Shown here in pieces: positions 41,467 to 55,524 of a stretch of DNA of 64,000 nucleotides. The notes below the pieces were generated by a model that saw only the letters and a list, made by a program, of their open reading frames with translations, ran no database searches and had not been told where the DNA came from. The stretch is from Lama glama (lineage: Eukaryota): the NCBI GenBank assembly GCA_028534125.1, contig CM052832.1:20524001-20588000 (forward strand). The letters are read 5' to 3'. The position numbers and the translations under genes are program-made. Each line of letters opens with the position of its first letter. Positions within the stretch are counted from its first letter, which is position 1.

Positions 41467-43339
41467 GGTTTTCATTTTTGTTTACCTGCTGTGTGAGAAT
41501 TTCTCTGGGATACAGAAACTACTCAAGGTATTATAAGCAAAGAGCCATTTAAGACAGAAATTATATGTTTAAAAACCAGTGGAAAGGCTAGAGAAATGAG
41601 ACAAGTGAAAGCTCTCCTAGATTTCGAGGATCTAGGGATCTGAGAAAACAGCAGCTCCCTTCAGCACTGAGGTGGTGATTCCCAGGAGGACATCCAGAGG
41701 CCACTGTGGAATCCCTGCCTGCCATACCCAGGCACTTGCGGACCACCGTACGATCCGGCGTCCTCTCAGCCCTCCAAATCACCTTCAGGTGTCACTCACT
41801 GCTGAATCTTGGCCAGCAAGGAGGCCCCACAGGGAAGAACATGGAAGAAAGAGCATGTCTTTTTCCATTTTCTGGGTTGATTACCCCTAGATTTATTTTT
41901 TCTGTACTCTTTTTAAATTTATGAGAGTACTCTCCAATTCTGACTCCTCTTTTATATAGCGTTTGGTTCTTCTCTTCCCCCTCCCCCTCCTTCTCCTTCT
42001 TGAGATTTAGCTAGATTCTCTCTTCTATAATAAGCTACTACATGTCTATTCTTTCCCAAGTTTCTAAAATACTTTCTTTTCTAATGTTGTCTCCCCTCCA
42101 GTTCTTTTTCCTGGGGAATCTGTGCTCCCTTTATCTTTGCCATGTCATTTCTGTATTGTTTCAGGAGAAAATAGATAAATGTCATGTGTAAATAACTTCT
42201 TCCATGCTGGCAGGTAATTAGTTAAAATGCTTAAATGGGAGCCTTCTGGATTATGATGTTCTATTATTTGAAACAATAAAGTTGAGATAAAAATGTATGA
42301 GTACCAGTCTCTGTCTAGGAATCCATCCATCCAGCCATATTCTATTTCCTATGAATTCAGCAGTTATGTTTTTTGATGATTTCCCCCTTTAATACAATAG
42401 AATGCCAATGCTATTTTCAACCCCCGTGAGTAAAACATACTGAAATTTGCTCCAACAGTAATCTTCAAAGCTGTACACTGTGAAGAAATAAGTGCTAGAG
42501 TGAGTTTCTTGGTCATCTAGGTTATTCCCATTTAAATATCTTCAACATGGCTGCAAAGTGGATCAGAAATCTATTTTGAGTTGAGAGCCTGTCTTTGTCA
42601 CACACGAATGTACTAAAATCTCCCAACTACTATGAGTTAATTTTGAGTTTATATCCAAAGGATTCTTATTTCATTCAATATTGTTCACATTTTCAAATGT
42701 CAATTTCACATACTTTCCTTCTGAATTTGCCATGGAGAGTATTATTTTGATCAGTGTTGTCAGTAGGTACCTAAACATTTTCCCTTCTTGATTGGTAGCT
42801 AACATTTTCCAACAGATTCTTTATTAGTCACAGGCTGCTTTGGTGTGTGCAGGGAAGTGTAAAGCAGTGTGGGTTCTAGATCTCACTGTCTTTTCTATTC
42901 TCTAAACTACGCTTGGCCTCAATTTTTTTAATCTGGGCAAGAAGAGGCAGGGCTAACTCACTGATTCCAGCAGGGGATGGATGTAACACACTCACTGATG
43001 AGCTAGCATGTGCATGTCTGTCAACAGCGCCTGTGACATGGATTGAAGAGTCAATCCCAGCTGCCCCACTTAGTTTTGCAACTCCCTATTTAGTTTTCCT
43101 GAGCGTAAGATGTCGTCATGTAAATTAGGGTACAGTTAAGGTAATAATAAATGTATAACAGAATTCTCACTCATATCTCTTTGAGTGTGTGAAAATTAAA
43201 CGTAATGAAGTTTGCAAGGCATTTAGCTCATGCTCCAAATGCAGTAAGCACCCAGCAAACACCAGCAACAACTAGAAAATGCTGACGTTACTGCTGCATC
43301 AAAAGGGTGCACGGGGCTGCGGAGAGAAACTAATCATAT

Positions 43340-43915
43340 AATTTATTCATTCGACATTTATTGAGCACCTCCTAAGTGCCAGATGTTGTTCTAAGCACTG
43401 ATGTGATAAAATGCCTCCACCCACAGAGTTTACTTACATTTTAGTGTGAAACACAATAAAAATATGGCATGACAAATCATAATGTGATATTGATAACATC
43501 CCTTAGAGTGAAAAAGGCCTCAAAGGAAAATGAAGTAGGATAAAGGAATGCAGAACGACTGGGGATGGTGGATGTTCTTTTACACCAGGTAGCAGAGGAG
43601 GCTTCTCTGGGGAGGAGATGTTTGAGTGGACGCTGGACTAGACTGCACAGGCATCTGAGGGAAGAGTTTCCCAAGCAGTGGGACCAGGAGAGGCAGAGAC
43701 CTGCACGTGGAGCAAAGCTGCTTTGTTAGGAGAGCAAGGAAACCTGCTATGGATGCATGCAAACCGTGACTATGGATAGGGTGAGGGTGACTGCAAGCGA
43801 TAAAGGCAGAGACAGAGACAGAGGCCAGGTAGGTAAGACGTTGCAGAGCATGACTGACACTTTGGATTTTACTCTAAGTGTGACTAGAAACCACTGGAGG
43901 GTCAAGTGGGGAATT
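43340..43915 (-). mobile_element. L2 LINE fragment
   Basis: ttcattcgacatttattgagcacctcctaagtgccagatgttgttctaagcactg...tttggattttactctaagtgtgactagaaaccactggaggg. Confidence 0.8.
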
Positions 43916-46339
43916 AACACAATAAAGTTTCAAGCACACATGGGCTTAAATCCTCTGAGGGAAAGCTGCTGAACCCTTTGGACTTATTTCTTCACTTGTT
44001 CTTAGAAGGGTTAAGAGATACAATGCGTTTGAAAGCAAGAGACACAAAAGCCATGCTCAGTATCCTTACACAGTGGAAATTCTTTCTCTTCACCTGCAAG
44101 TCTGGGACAAGAAGAGACACAAGGCCAGGTTCAACCTGTGCCTTCCCACGGGTTAATCCCACCTCCTGACATTAGCTCCGATACAGCCACTCTTTTTGAC
44201 GAAAGCGTTTTTTTTTTCCTTAAAAAGACTCCCATAATAACACTTGTGATACATAAGAGGAGTTGGTTACACTGGCCTTTCCTATGAAGAGTCCTAGTTC
44301 CTAACTGGTGATGTTTTGAGTAAGTGGGGGACAGGTTTGCATTGCGATTGATAAGGCAGTAAAGGGAAGTGTCTCTCAATCGGACACTGCAGAGAGCGCC
44401 TCCTTCATGGCCCACAGAGAACAGGGTTATTGCTGGTCCTGGGGCTGGCAAGAGGAACTTAGATGATGATAGCAACCTGTGGAGGATGGGGTGGAGGATC
44501 GAGAAACAAGAAGCTGTCTTTAGAGAGCCCTACACTGCGGGCTGGGATGAATTTTCTTTTTCCATGCTTGAGAAGTATATGTCACATGGACCCACACAGA
44601 GAGGAACAGATACACCTATGTACCGGAGGCCAAGATTTCAGAGCCAAGGTCTTCTCAGCTTCAAGGTCTAACAACTGAGGCTTTCCTGGACTGTGTTTCA
44701 TCTTGGAAAGAGCATTTTCCACTTGATCTTTGTTTCTTATTTGGTCTTTCTGAGTTTCATCTTTTGTTATGATATTTGTATTGGGCCACTGCCTTTCAGT
44801 GACCCAGTAAGTGGATATTCAGAGCTGTGGATTTCTTTTCTACCAAAAGCAATTGGTTGTGGAAATCTAAGGGTAGAAGAGGGGCTCCACAAAATATCTA
44901 CTTTCTGGTCAATGATTCAAAGAATGCCTACCTGCCTTAGACATCATTTATCTTGAGTATTAGACAATATTTTAAGTGCTGGGAAAAACATTCTCCAACA
45001 CAATTATACCTAGAATGCTAGTGGAGTCTGTAGCAAATTCTGATTATAAAAATGTTCTCAAGGTCTGTTCCATATAGAAATTCACATTATATTTTGTACA
45101 TGATTCAGCACCTTGATAGCAGATGCGGTACCATGTTGTAAAGTTTCCACATAGACAAAAGCTCAACATTGAGTCCCTAGGTCTCCAAAGCTGAAAATGG
45201 AGGGGAAAATCAGCCCAGACACAGTCTCAACTCTTGTCATCATCTCAGCTGAAGGGGTGGGGATGTTTCTACTCTGGTCTCAGGAAAGACTCACAACTTT
45301 TCCCTTGGGATCCCAAATTATTGCTCTCAGCAAACCTATGCTAGTCTGGTACATCTGATAATGATTACAGAAGAAAAGACCGATGTTCTGCACCTCTCAG
45401 ATGAGAGAGCTAAATGAAAATAAATGAGAATATAGATGATACTTTCTTTTGAATCATCTGGGCATAATCCCCAAATCTTTTCTCTTTGTTGCCTTTCCAT
45501 ATGGAATTCAGTGTTAGCCATCTATTGTTATACATTCTCCTGCAGCTGTATCAATCAAATTATTCAGGATGCAATTTCTTGCCCTTTTACCAACATTCCA
45601 CATGCTCTAATCCTTTTTATGTAATAGGTGGGAAATATGTTACAAATAAACGAGAAAACAGTTTCTATCAGGTACAATCTTCCTTTACCTTTCTTGCCTC
45701 TTACTCTTAACTGAATTTTATTACCACTCATTCTATTGTTCTCTATTCTGTTTTGAAGTGAAACCATTCTAACTATACTCTTTGTCTCATAGTTCTACTA
45801 TGTTCTCAGCAAACTTGTTCCATCAACTACTCACTTTTCCTTTAATTTTTCAACCTTTATCAGATCTTCCCACTCTAAGCTGTGATTAGAGAGTTTTCGT
45901 ATTAAAAATGTTATTCTCTCAATCCTTCCTCCTCCTCAAGCTCACCTTCTCCATTTTTTCCCCATCATCTTCACCATTTAACTCTCACTCCTCTGCTCAC
46001 CTCTATACCTTTCACCTCTACCACCTTACAAACTGTTCTTTCAAAATTACCTAGTGTCTAATGTCCAGTCACCTCTCTTTGTCCCTGACTGTAAATGCCA
46101 TTTCCTCTGAACTCCTCCTCACTCCTTCCCAAAAGCAATACCAACTTTGTTTTGCTTTCCGCACCCCTTTAAAAACTAAAGTATCTACTGATGTGCATTA
46201 CATATCAAGTAATATACCGGGTCCAGGGAATCAAAAGTAACTTAAAACGGAGTCTCAAACTAGATCAAATTCACAGTCCAGTAGGGTAAACAAACCTGCA
46301 CATAAAGAATGTACACAGATTGTTTTTATAATACCTTTT

Positions 46340-47200
46340 CTAGTAAAAAGGCAGACTAGATTTCTAGAAACTTGATCCTAACAAAAAACACTTAAGTTGA
46401 CCCAAAACAATTTTGTGTAAGCCTCTCTTCAAATGTCCTGCTTAACAGGCAGAAAAACAAAGGAAATGTTCAAGGGCATAAAAAATGTGAAAATGTGACT
46501 CAAGAGAAATAAACTAACTCTGAAAGTAGCGTTTTCCTTGAGAGCTGCCACATCCTGAAACATCCTGGTAGACAGAAACATAACTGGGAGAAAAAACATA
46601 GTACCCAAAGTCGGTATCTGAGCAGAGAAAGCCCTCTCCCTCTTATCTTTCTAACACACCTGTCCCTCTAATTCTACCTAAACTCAGACTTCTGAAGGAA
46701 AACTTTCTCATAAATATTTATTATTATTATTATTTAATAAGAGAAAGATCCCCAGATTCAGAAAACCCCCATGGAATAGTTACAGTGAAATTGATTCTTC
46801 AACATAACACAGTGGGGGGAGAAAAAGAATAATAACACCAGGAAGAAAAGTCATAAATGACCAAAAGTATCAGCAGGGAAAATGAGAAGGCAATGAACAA
46901 TCTCTTAAAGGTGCTAGGAGGAAATAACTTACAACCTAGAAATACATACCCAGTTAAACTATCTTGTACATATTATGGCAAAGTAAAGACATTTAGAAGA
47001 TTTAATGTCACAAAAATATCCTTCACAAATGTTCCTTTGAAAGGCCAGTTTAAGAAGAAAAAAAAATGTCAGAAGAAATGGTGAAAAAAGAAAATGTTAA
47101 ACATTTGGATAAATATAAACTGCATAAAGCAATAACAACAATACTTTCTAGGGATAATAAAAACAATATTGAATTGAATGCTTGTAATAATATATAGCAT
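46340..47200 (+). mobile_element. Old L1/HAL1 fragment with ORF1 C-terminal remnant
   Basis: ORF 46857-47084 contains NNLLKVLGGNNLQPRNTYPVKLSCTYYGKVKTF, matching the L1 ORF1p C-terminal motif IFKVLKEKNxQPRIxYPAKLSFxxEGEIKTF. Confidence 0.7.
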
Positions 47201-47209
47201 ATAAATCAG

Positions 47210-47565
47210 AAAGTGGTAGTTGATTTTTCAATTTAATTCATTTCTGTTGTTATGTATGTTTTTCCCCTTTATTTTTTTGGGATTAATTTACTGTTCTTTT
47301 TATAATTTCTTGAAATAGTAAGGTCATCAATTTCCAGCCTTTTGAATTCTCTAATACATGAATGCAAGACTGTACATTTTCTTTTTAAGTCAGCTTTAGT
47401 TGCATTCTAATCATTCAATGTCTTATATATCACATTATCATATAGTCAATTTTTAAAAAATTTCCCTTTGATTTCTTATTTGACCAACATATTATTTATA
47501 AGTGTATAGCTTAATTTTCTAAAAGTTGGGTACTTTTTGGTTATTTTTTGTTACTGATTTTTAGC
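47210..47565 (-). mobile_element. Old L1 fragment, antisense
   Basis: gctttagttgcattc...tttccctttgatttcttatttgacc...ttatttataagtgtatagcttaatttt...tttttgttactgattt is typical antisense L1 ORF2 sequence. Confidence 0.6.
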
Positions 47566-50500
47566 TTAATTAGGGTCTTGGATCCTCAAGACTATAATTT
47601 TGGTCTCTAATCCTGCCAGATTGCCAAAATTTCTACTGATTATCCTGCCTCTTAGTAGAGGTTCTCTGTCCAAAGCTTGGGAATCTTCAGCTTGTTGTCC
47701 TCTATCCAGAGTCACCAAATGTCCTGGAGTTAACAGTGGCCTCACTACTCCCTGCATGGTTCCCGGTTCTCAGAGGCTGTTTTCCCAGAAGTCCTTGTTG
47801 CCACAACAGTTTCTCAGTTCCCTTAAGCAGGCTATTTATAAGAAAATTTTCTCAGCTTTACTGGTCTTCTCAGTGAGAGCCTAAGTCTAGCTGAAATCAA
47901 AAATAAAAAACTTCATATTTAATTTTATATTTGTAACTTCGTGTTCTTAAAAATCATCATCAAAATTATGTGTTTTGCCACCTCAAACTTCTGTTTCAGT
48001 AAATCCTTTATTACTAATATTGGTCTACTTTATAATGTTATTCAACTAGAGTGTAAGTTCTTGAAGGCATGAACCAGTATCTGATTACACTTTCCTGTAG
48101 AAATCTTAGTTGACATCTTTAAGGAAAAGAAATTTTTTTAAAGAGTGGAAAGAGTTACTGGAAGAGGGATGGGATAGAATAAACCCAAATGAAAACAGAA
48201 AAATATGATCTATTTTTCAGAAAAAGACTTCAAGTTATTGGAGGAAACAGTAAAATCTCATACCCCAATCTGTACGGCTCTCCACAATTTCATATGCCTC
48301 TGCTTATACCATCACCTATTGCCTGATGAATTTAAAAAAGCTGGAACATTCCTGATGACTTTTTCTCTGAATTTCACTTATCAACAACAATTCTTTCTTC
48401 CATCACTGTGTGTAACAGAAAAATACTGAATTGCATTTCTTACCAAAAATAAGTTTTTACTGGAATATTCTCATTGGGAAGCAGAGATTGATATATTTTT
48501 ATCAGCACTTCCCCAGCTAGTTACATTATGTTACTTTGTATAGTGTTCCCATTGACAGTGATGTTATGAAAAACTGTAGTGCATGCTGGGTAGTGCAGAC
48601 TTCAAGCATTCACACTCCATTAATTAATTCATCACCTAAAAGCTAAGTATTGATTTTTTAATGGTTTTACAAATCTATTTAAGCTTCTGTGATGTGATTA
48701 AGAGGATGTGTGTTTACTGTAAATTATCTAACAAGTACAATGGTATTACTCTCAGAAGTAGCAAACAATTTAGCTTGTGAACAAAGAAAAAACGTTGGTT
48801 AAAATTTCTCCCCAAATACTGCTTATTTATTCAAGAGTTATTATAAGCCATTAAAATATGACTTTAAAAAAAAGTGTTATCTCAAATCATGGTATTACAT
48901 TTCTTGATTTGTGGTAAGAATGAAATCATATTCTAAGACTTTTTTTCCTAATCCAATTGAAAATTATAGTGGAATAAATATTTTTTAATTGCTAGTGTTG
49001 GTAAGAAAATTTTCACTTTAGTTCCTTTTTGGAATATTATGGAAAATGTGGAATTATTTTGTATATGTCCATTTTCATTCCCAGAAAATGTTTTGGCTCT
49101 CAAGCCATTTAGAAATGTTCCTGTATGTATTTATTTATAGTATTTCATCTTCTATAATGGAAACAAAACCATGCAATCTACTTTTTAAAAGATTTATCTC
49201 ATCAATTCACAAAAACTAGAAATTGTGTCATTGATACGATAAATTGATATTTAATAGCAATATGAAAAAATAAAACACTTTGGAAATGAGACTTGCAGTC
49301 AGAAGACATGATTTTATAAGTACATCTGGGAAAGATAAGAGTCCTTTATATATCTACACAGAGCTGCGTCCTCTGATGATATTCAGCATGAACTGTCATA
49401 CAGAGCATGACAGTGACATGCATGGTTTGGCTTATGCTCTCAAAGGAATTTTACTGCAAAGCCCATAAAGATTCTGGAGCTATTTTACCAAAAACCCGTG
49501 TCATGTTTTCCTATCATACAGTGCAATACAATCTGAAAATGAATTCACCTTGAAACATTTCAGACATTCTAATGTACACAGCTAAAGAATGCAGAGAACA
49601 TCTTTCCCAAATTGAAATGGTGAGCAAGAGCCGGGTGTGAGTGTGGGTGGGGTATGTGTGCAGAAAAAAAATAGATAATTATGTGGCTGCCCATTTTCTT
49701 TTATGCTATACTCCAGAGGAAGAGGCTGCAGTATTTTTACTAAGAACAGTTGCTGCTATTATTCAGTTTTTAGATGACATCCAACTGGCAATGGGAGATG
49801 GGAGGCTGTTTGAAGCTACTCATCCTGCCGAGATAAAAGGGCTGCAGAACATCCTGCGAGGTCTTTTGATAGCATTAATTAGCAGCAGAGTTAAGGTTGG
49901 TAGGTATCTGTGACTTTCTTAAGTCAAAGTTAGTTTTTTATTCTCAGTGTCAAAAGAAGAAAAAAAAAACCCAACATCAGAATGCCTCATATGTTATGAA
50001 TAAGAAAAAGGGACTTTTTTTTTGTAATTAACACGAACTATGTGCACGTACCATCAGTTTTGACTTAGGGAAGGACATGCCCTTTTTCGAGGTTTGGTTC
50101 CTTCCTTTCCAAATAATGACCATTTGGCATTTCTTAAAGAGTGTGCATAATTAAGATTTTAAAAAGGCTTTTATAGGTTATGAAGAAATCCTCTCATTTG
50201 TGGCTAACTTCAAATATGTTTTTGGACTCTCAAAATGGAATTAAGCTTTACTTATTTACATATTCTGCACACAGCCTATCCTTTCTCCGTCTGTGTACTT
50301 CACATATATATAAACCCACAATTCTACTTAAGTGTGCCACCAACGGTGTGCCAGAGACCTCTCCTATCTAAGTTCCCATTTCTGAAAAGGGGCCCCATAC
50401 AATATAAATTTCTCAGTGGTAAATGGTGAATGGACTTGGACAGCTACATCCGATGTTATCCCATAATAAAAATGCCAGGAAATACAATTCTTGGAGAAAA

Positions 50501-53500
50501 ATAAGAGAATGAAATATGATTTCTAATATCAGAATGAGAGAAAGTCTAGTCCATAAGAATTCCAGAAGAAGTCACTGGAGACTGACATTTACAAGCTGAC
50601 CCTCAGATGCCTCATTATGTAAACGTTTGGAACCCTGATCACACCTCTTTATGTGGTTCATTTAGTAAGTGTGTGCTCAGTGAAATCCTTTTGCATATGC
50701 TCTCTCTTCCCTACTCTGACCCTCTGCTGAAAATACCCACTTTGATCAGAATTGATACTAGGTTAGAATAAGAACTAAAGAGCTTTGTGAATTGTTGAAA
50801 CACATTTGTTTACTCATGGGTGTGTGGTTTTATCTTCATCAGAACCTCTAGCACCTAAGCTTTTACAAAGATCTTGGCAAATGACAGCATAACTAGAAAG
50901 GGGCTGATAGACTGGCCCTTAGGAGCATTTCAGTGAGCCTCTGGGCATTGCCCTCCAGCTAGAGCAAGTACCCCAGCCTAAGGGAAATGAGAATGAGGAG
51001 TCTGGTCCAAAACTAAAAAGGTACCTACAGAGGACAGGTCACGTGATGTACGCAAATGGGATGAGGTAACTGAAGACTTGATTCTTTTCTGGTCTAGAGT
51101 CTTGGTTATTTATCTAGGCTTCTGGGAACCTAGAAAGAACAGGAAGCAAAGGGAGCAGATTCTACAAAGAGTCTAGAAGTGTGCTAGACCGCTGTCACAG
51201 CTGGGTCCAAAGATGTTTTTTGTAAAGGTCTCTAGGGTCTGGGGTGGAAGCAGTCAGGAGCCCTCGACCTAATGACTCATTAACTCCAGCTTGACAAAAA
51301 GAAACCATTCATTTGGGATATTTTAATAGGTCTACCATAATTTTAAATCATGAAAAAGCATCTTTTTATTTTTAAATTAGTAATTGTTAGCATTTGTTCT
51401 GTATTCAATTTGATAACGGATGGCTTAAACCAGATGAGTTTTTCTTGCTTCTCTATTTACCTTGAATCAGAAAATGAATTCACAATCAAAGGCCCTTGAG
51501 AAAAGCAGCAAGTGTGGATGTATCTGTCAGATGGTTCTGGCCGTTTGGACTGAATCTAGAAGTACGTGTTCTCCCTTACTGAAGACCACTCAGCAGTTTG
51601 TCAGAGACTGGATGCTGACTTCGCGCTCAGAAGCTAGCGGCTCGAGAGCTTTCACTGGGTGGTAACAGTAACTGCTCGTTTAATCTGTCTCTCAGTGCAT
51701 TCAGTGCTGAGAAACATGTACGTTCTGTTGAGGAAACCCGATGGTATTCCTAAATATGTCCAGTAACACATGACTGGCCCTTTCCTCCAATGAGTACAGT
51801 AAAAAGTCAATTTCTTGGCAATGAAGTCATTTAGGTGACAGTACAGTTCTTTTCAGAAATCCTGGTAGTCTTGTGATTAAAACCATGATTCTTTGATTCT
51901 CAAGTATTAGGTAGTGTTACTCAGGATCTTGAATATTTCTTCGGCATTATCAATCACCTGAAGAAATTATCCTCTTAGATACTTCTGTGAGTACCTGTCC
52001 TTGATAGTCAGGACACTGTAGCATAGATGCAAGTATTGTGGTGAAAAAGCATAACTTTAGAGGCAAAATTTGATTGTGTTTTCAATTTTAATTCTTTTCT
52101 TCATCATTGAATCAAAATTAGAAGACATATCACTGACTTCCAACTGTTTTCTCTAATTAATGTGGTAAGTGGATTGTTATCTTTGGGCAACCACTTTTGT
52201 TCATGTGACAATGCCTTTCCATGTTGATCAGATAGTTGGAATTATGTCAGTTAGGAAATGCGATTTCCAGTTCATATTGTTTTCTAAAATAATCATTAGT
52301 TGAACAAAAGGCCAATTGTTTTATCCAACTGCAATGTAAGACTATCTGCTAGCACGCAGATATTAATTAAACCTCCAACTTGTATGCCACGGACACCATA
52401 CCCAAGTGTGCCTTCACATTAAAGGACACTACCAATTGATCATCTGCTCTCTCTCTGAAAAAACATTTTTATGAAGCATGTAGGTTTTACAATTTCTTAG
52501 CCATACCATGACTTGTATCTAGTTTTGTTCTTTTGAGTGAAGCCTTTTCACACTGAGAGCATTATTTTGCCCTATTCTGGAAATGTTATTTGGAATATAA
52601 GAAAGGTCACTGTACTTTGAAAATGACAAGAAATCTTTGATGAATTTGTCACCCATTGACAAAGCTTCATAATAAACAATACTCTGAAGAGTTAAGGAAA
52701 ATGGATTGAGTCTCCAATAAAATCTTACTTTCAAATTTGTTATTGATTCCTTTTACATTTTAGTGGATAACTTTTCAGACATTAATTTATTTTTATGACT
52801 TTGTGATAAAATCTAATACAATAATAATAATAATAAAATAAATTTAGCAAATAAAAAGAATAGCACTGAACTTATACAAGTTAGTTAAGACAAACTCCAC
52901 CGTAAGAGTATGTTAGTCAAGATAAGTAGAGCAGGCCATTCCTTACGGCTTATACTACTATGCCTTTAAAAATGTCACACCAGGGAGTATCTGTGGAAAT
53001 CATAATTAACTTACATTTCATGATTGTGAAAGGTATAGAAAACAATGTGTTTTCCAGTAAAACCATCAAAACGCCAGCAGAGGCAGTTTACTTACTATCC
53101 AAGTATTTACTACCCAGCAGTGCATATCCAACAACATCTAGAAAGACTTCTAGAAAGGATGGAATCTGTTTTATTCATCAATTTGTCCTTAGTGCAGATT
53201 ACACTAACACACTGTAAATGCTTATAGCAAGTAACATTTAAGCGATAACAAGTAAACGTAAAATTGCATGACACTAAGAACACAATATTATGGTGTCTAA
53301 AAGGAGGACTTCCAACAGCTTGCCTTTCACATGAGTGCCTGGTTTGGACTGAGTGAGCTTGAAGGGTCCTGCACAGTTTGTTATCATGTTACTGGGGCCA
53401 GACTTAATTTCCAGTATGAGATGGTCTTGGCAGCATCCAAATGAGGGTAGTCATAGGAGTGCCCATGCATTTTGAAAGGAAGAGAAACTCCTTGAGAAAT

Positions 53501-54257
53501 TTAAAAAATGAAAACCATTCATGAAATATTATCAACATCAGTGAACATAATTAAATTAAATCCTATTGGAATCATACAGTCAAGCAACATTTTTGAGGGG
53601 GAATGTGGAAAATAACACACATGTACTACAGAGTAAAACATGTACTAAAGAGTCAAAGTTGATCTGCTGTTCCTCACCATACACATTAATATACAATGTG
53701 GGAGCAGGGGCACTAGCCGCATCAAACTCCTATTTGCAAAAGGAAAAAGGAAGACACTCAGCAGTTGCTGGTTTGCAATTTACTGCAGTGCAGGCATATA
53801 AAGTTTCTTGAACTGACAGTGGGGAATTTTTTAAATTAGATTCAGTTTTCTATTTATCTCTACAGCTCCGGTTCTGACTTCAGCAGGGAAGGGGTCTTCG
53901 TTCATCAGGCTTCACGGCTCTATCTGAAGCGGGCATTAGGAGATACACCCTCCTGAGGGTGTACAGTTTTTGGAACATGTTCCTGTTTATAGAAGGGTAG
54001 GAACTCAAGTGTGTTTTATCTTTAAACAAAAACAATTTTTTTCCCCGGCTTTTGGTGTTTTAGGCAACACATACCCCACAAAAAATTCATAAGCTTCTGA
54101 TCCTTTCTTCTGGTTAGTTCCATGGATCAATATTTACACATAGAGTTTTTTTTTAATTTTAATTTATTCAAATTTATTCTATATTTGAAGGTTCAATATT
54201 TTTAATTGTTTATCTCTCTGTTATTCTCCTCCACTAGTCTTGCAAACTTCCTAATAC

Positions 54258-54757
54258 TTATTTTTTTATTACTGTGTAGTCAATTTACAATGTTGTGTTA
54301 ATTTCTGCTGTATACCATAGTGATTCAGATTCCTTTTCATCTTCTTTTTCATTATAGGTTATTACAAGGTATTGAATACAGGTCCCTGTGCTATACAGTA
54401 GGACCTTGCTGTTTATCTATTTTATATATTATAAGTTAATATCTGCAAATCCCTAACACAAAATTTATCCCTCCACCCCAACCCCATTTCCCACCTAGTA
54501 ACCACAAGTTTGTTTTCTATGTCCGTTTCTGTCTAATAAATAAGTTCATTTGTCTCATTTTTTTTAGATTCCACATATAAGTGGTATCATATGGTATTTT
54601 TCTTTCTCTTTCTGGCTTTCTTCATTTAGTATGGCAATCTCCAGGTCCATCCACATTGATGCAGATTATTTTATTCCTTTTTATGGCTGAGTAGTATTCC
54701 ATTGTATGTGTGGAATCCAATCATCTGTCAGTGGACACTGAGGTTGCTTCCATATCT
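54258..54757 (-). mobile_element. 5'-truncated L1 3' end
   Basis: ttttttattactgtgtagtcaatttacaatgttgtgttaatttctgctgtatac...ggacactgaggttgcttccatatct. Alignable by eye with the L1 at 4217-4843. Confidence 0.92.
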
Positions 54758-54817
54758 AGTTTTTCCCTAGATGTAATTCTCAAGTCTACTCCATTTTATT
54801 GCATCTTTCAACCCCAC
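54752..54817 (+). repeat. 66-bp dispersed direct duplication, copy 1
   Basis: Identical to 56717-56782. Confidence 0.95.
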
Positions 54818-55162
54818 CACACCCCTCTCTCTACTCAGGGGTAGCTACTTTGAAGCTACAGACTTATAAGACCATAAACACAATTTGACATTCATCACAA
54901 GACTGGGATTCTAGGAGCTCTCATCTCTCAAAGATGTTTTTTCCTCTATTTCTTGCATCTAGAACCAGCAGGATTTTCTAGTCTTCAACATCTGAGTTCT
55001 AGGCTTCCTCCATTCTCTTTTATTTCTGGTTTCAAAATGACCATTTATTCGTGTGACTTTTTCTTTTTCCTGTAAATCTTGCCAAATGCACTTAAAAGTA
55101 GCCAATGATCACTAAGAGTTTTAATCTTCCCAGCTACTTCTAGATGCATATAGAGTAGAGTG

Positions 55163-55524
55163 GGAGAGGCGGAACCAAGGTGGCAGAGTAGAGAGACTCA
55201 CAGCTCACCCTCTCCCACAAATACACCAAGAATTACATCTACAAACCCACTGAATTGCACAGAACACCTACTGAACTCTGGCAGAATGTCTCTCATTTCG
55301 AAGTACAGGAGGATTCTCACAAAATCCGATAAACAAGTTTATACCGTATAGCACAGGGAACCATATTCAATATCTTATAGTAACTTATATTGGAAAAGAA
55401 TATGAAAACGAACATAGGTATGTTTCCATATGACTGAAGTATTGTGCTATACACCAGAAATTGACACAACATTGTAAACTGACTATACTTCAACAAAAAT
55501 ATATTAACAAAACAAAATGAAAAA
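55163..55524 (+). mobile_element. Bipartite L1-derived element (L1 5' end fused to L1 3' end)
   Basis: 11-bp TSD agagtagagtg at 55152-55162 and 55525-55535. The 5' part starts ggagaggcggaaccaaggtggcagagtag, an L1 5' terminus with a YY1-like site. The 3' part from 55329 aligns with the L1 3' end at 41265-41430. Ends in an A-rich tail. Confidence 0.85.
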
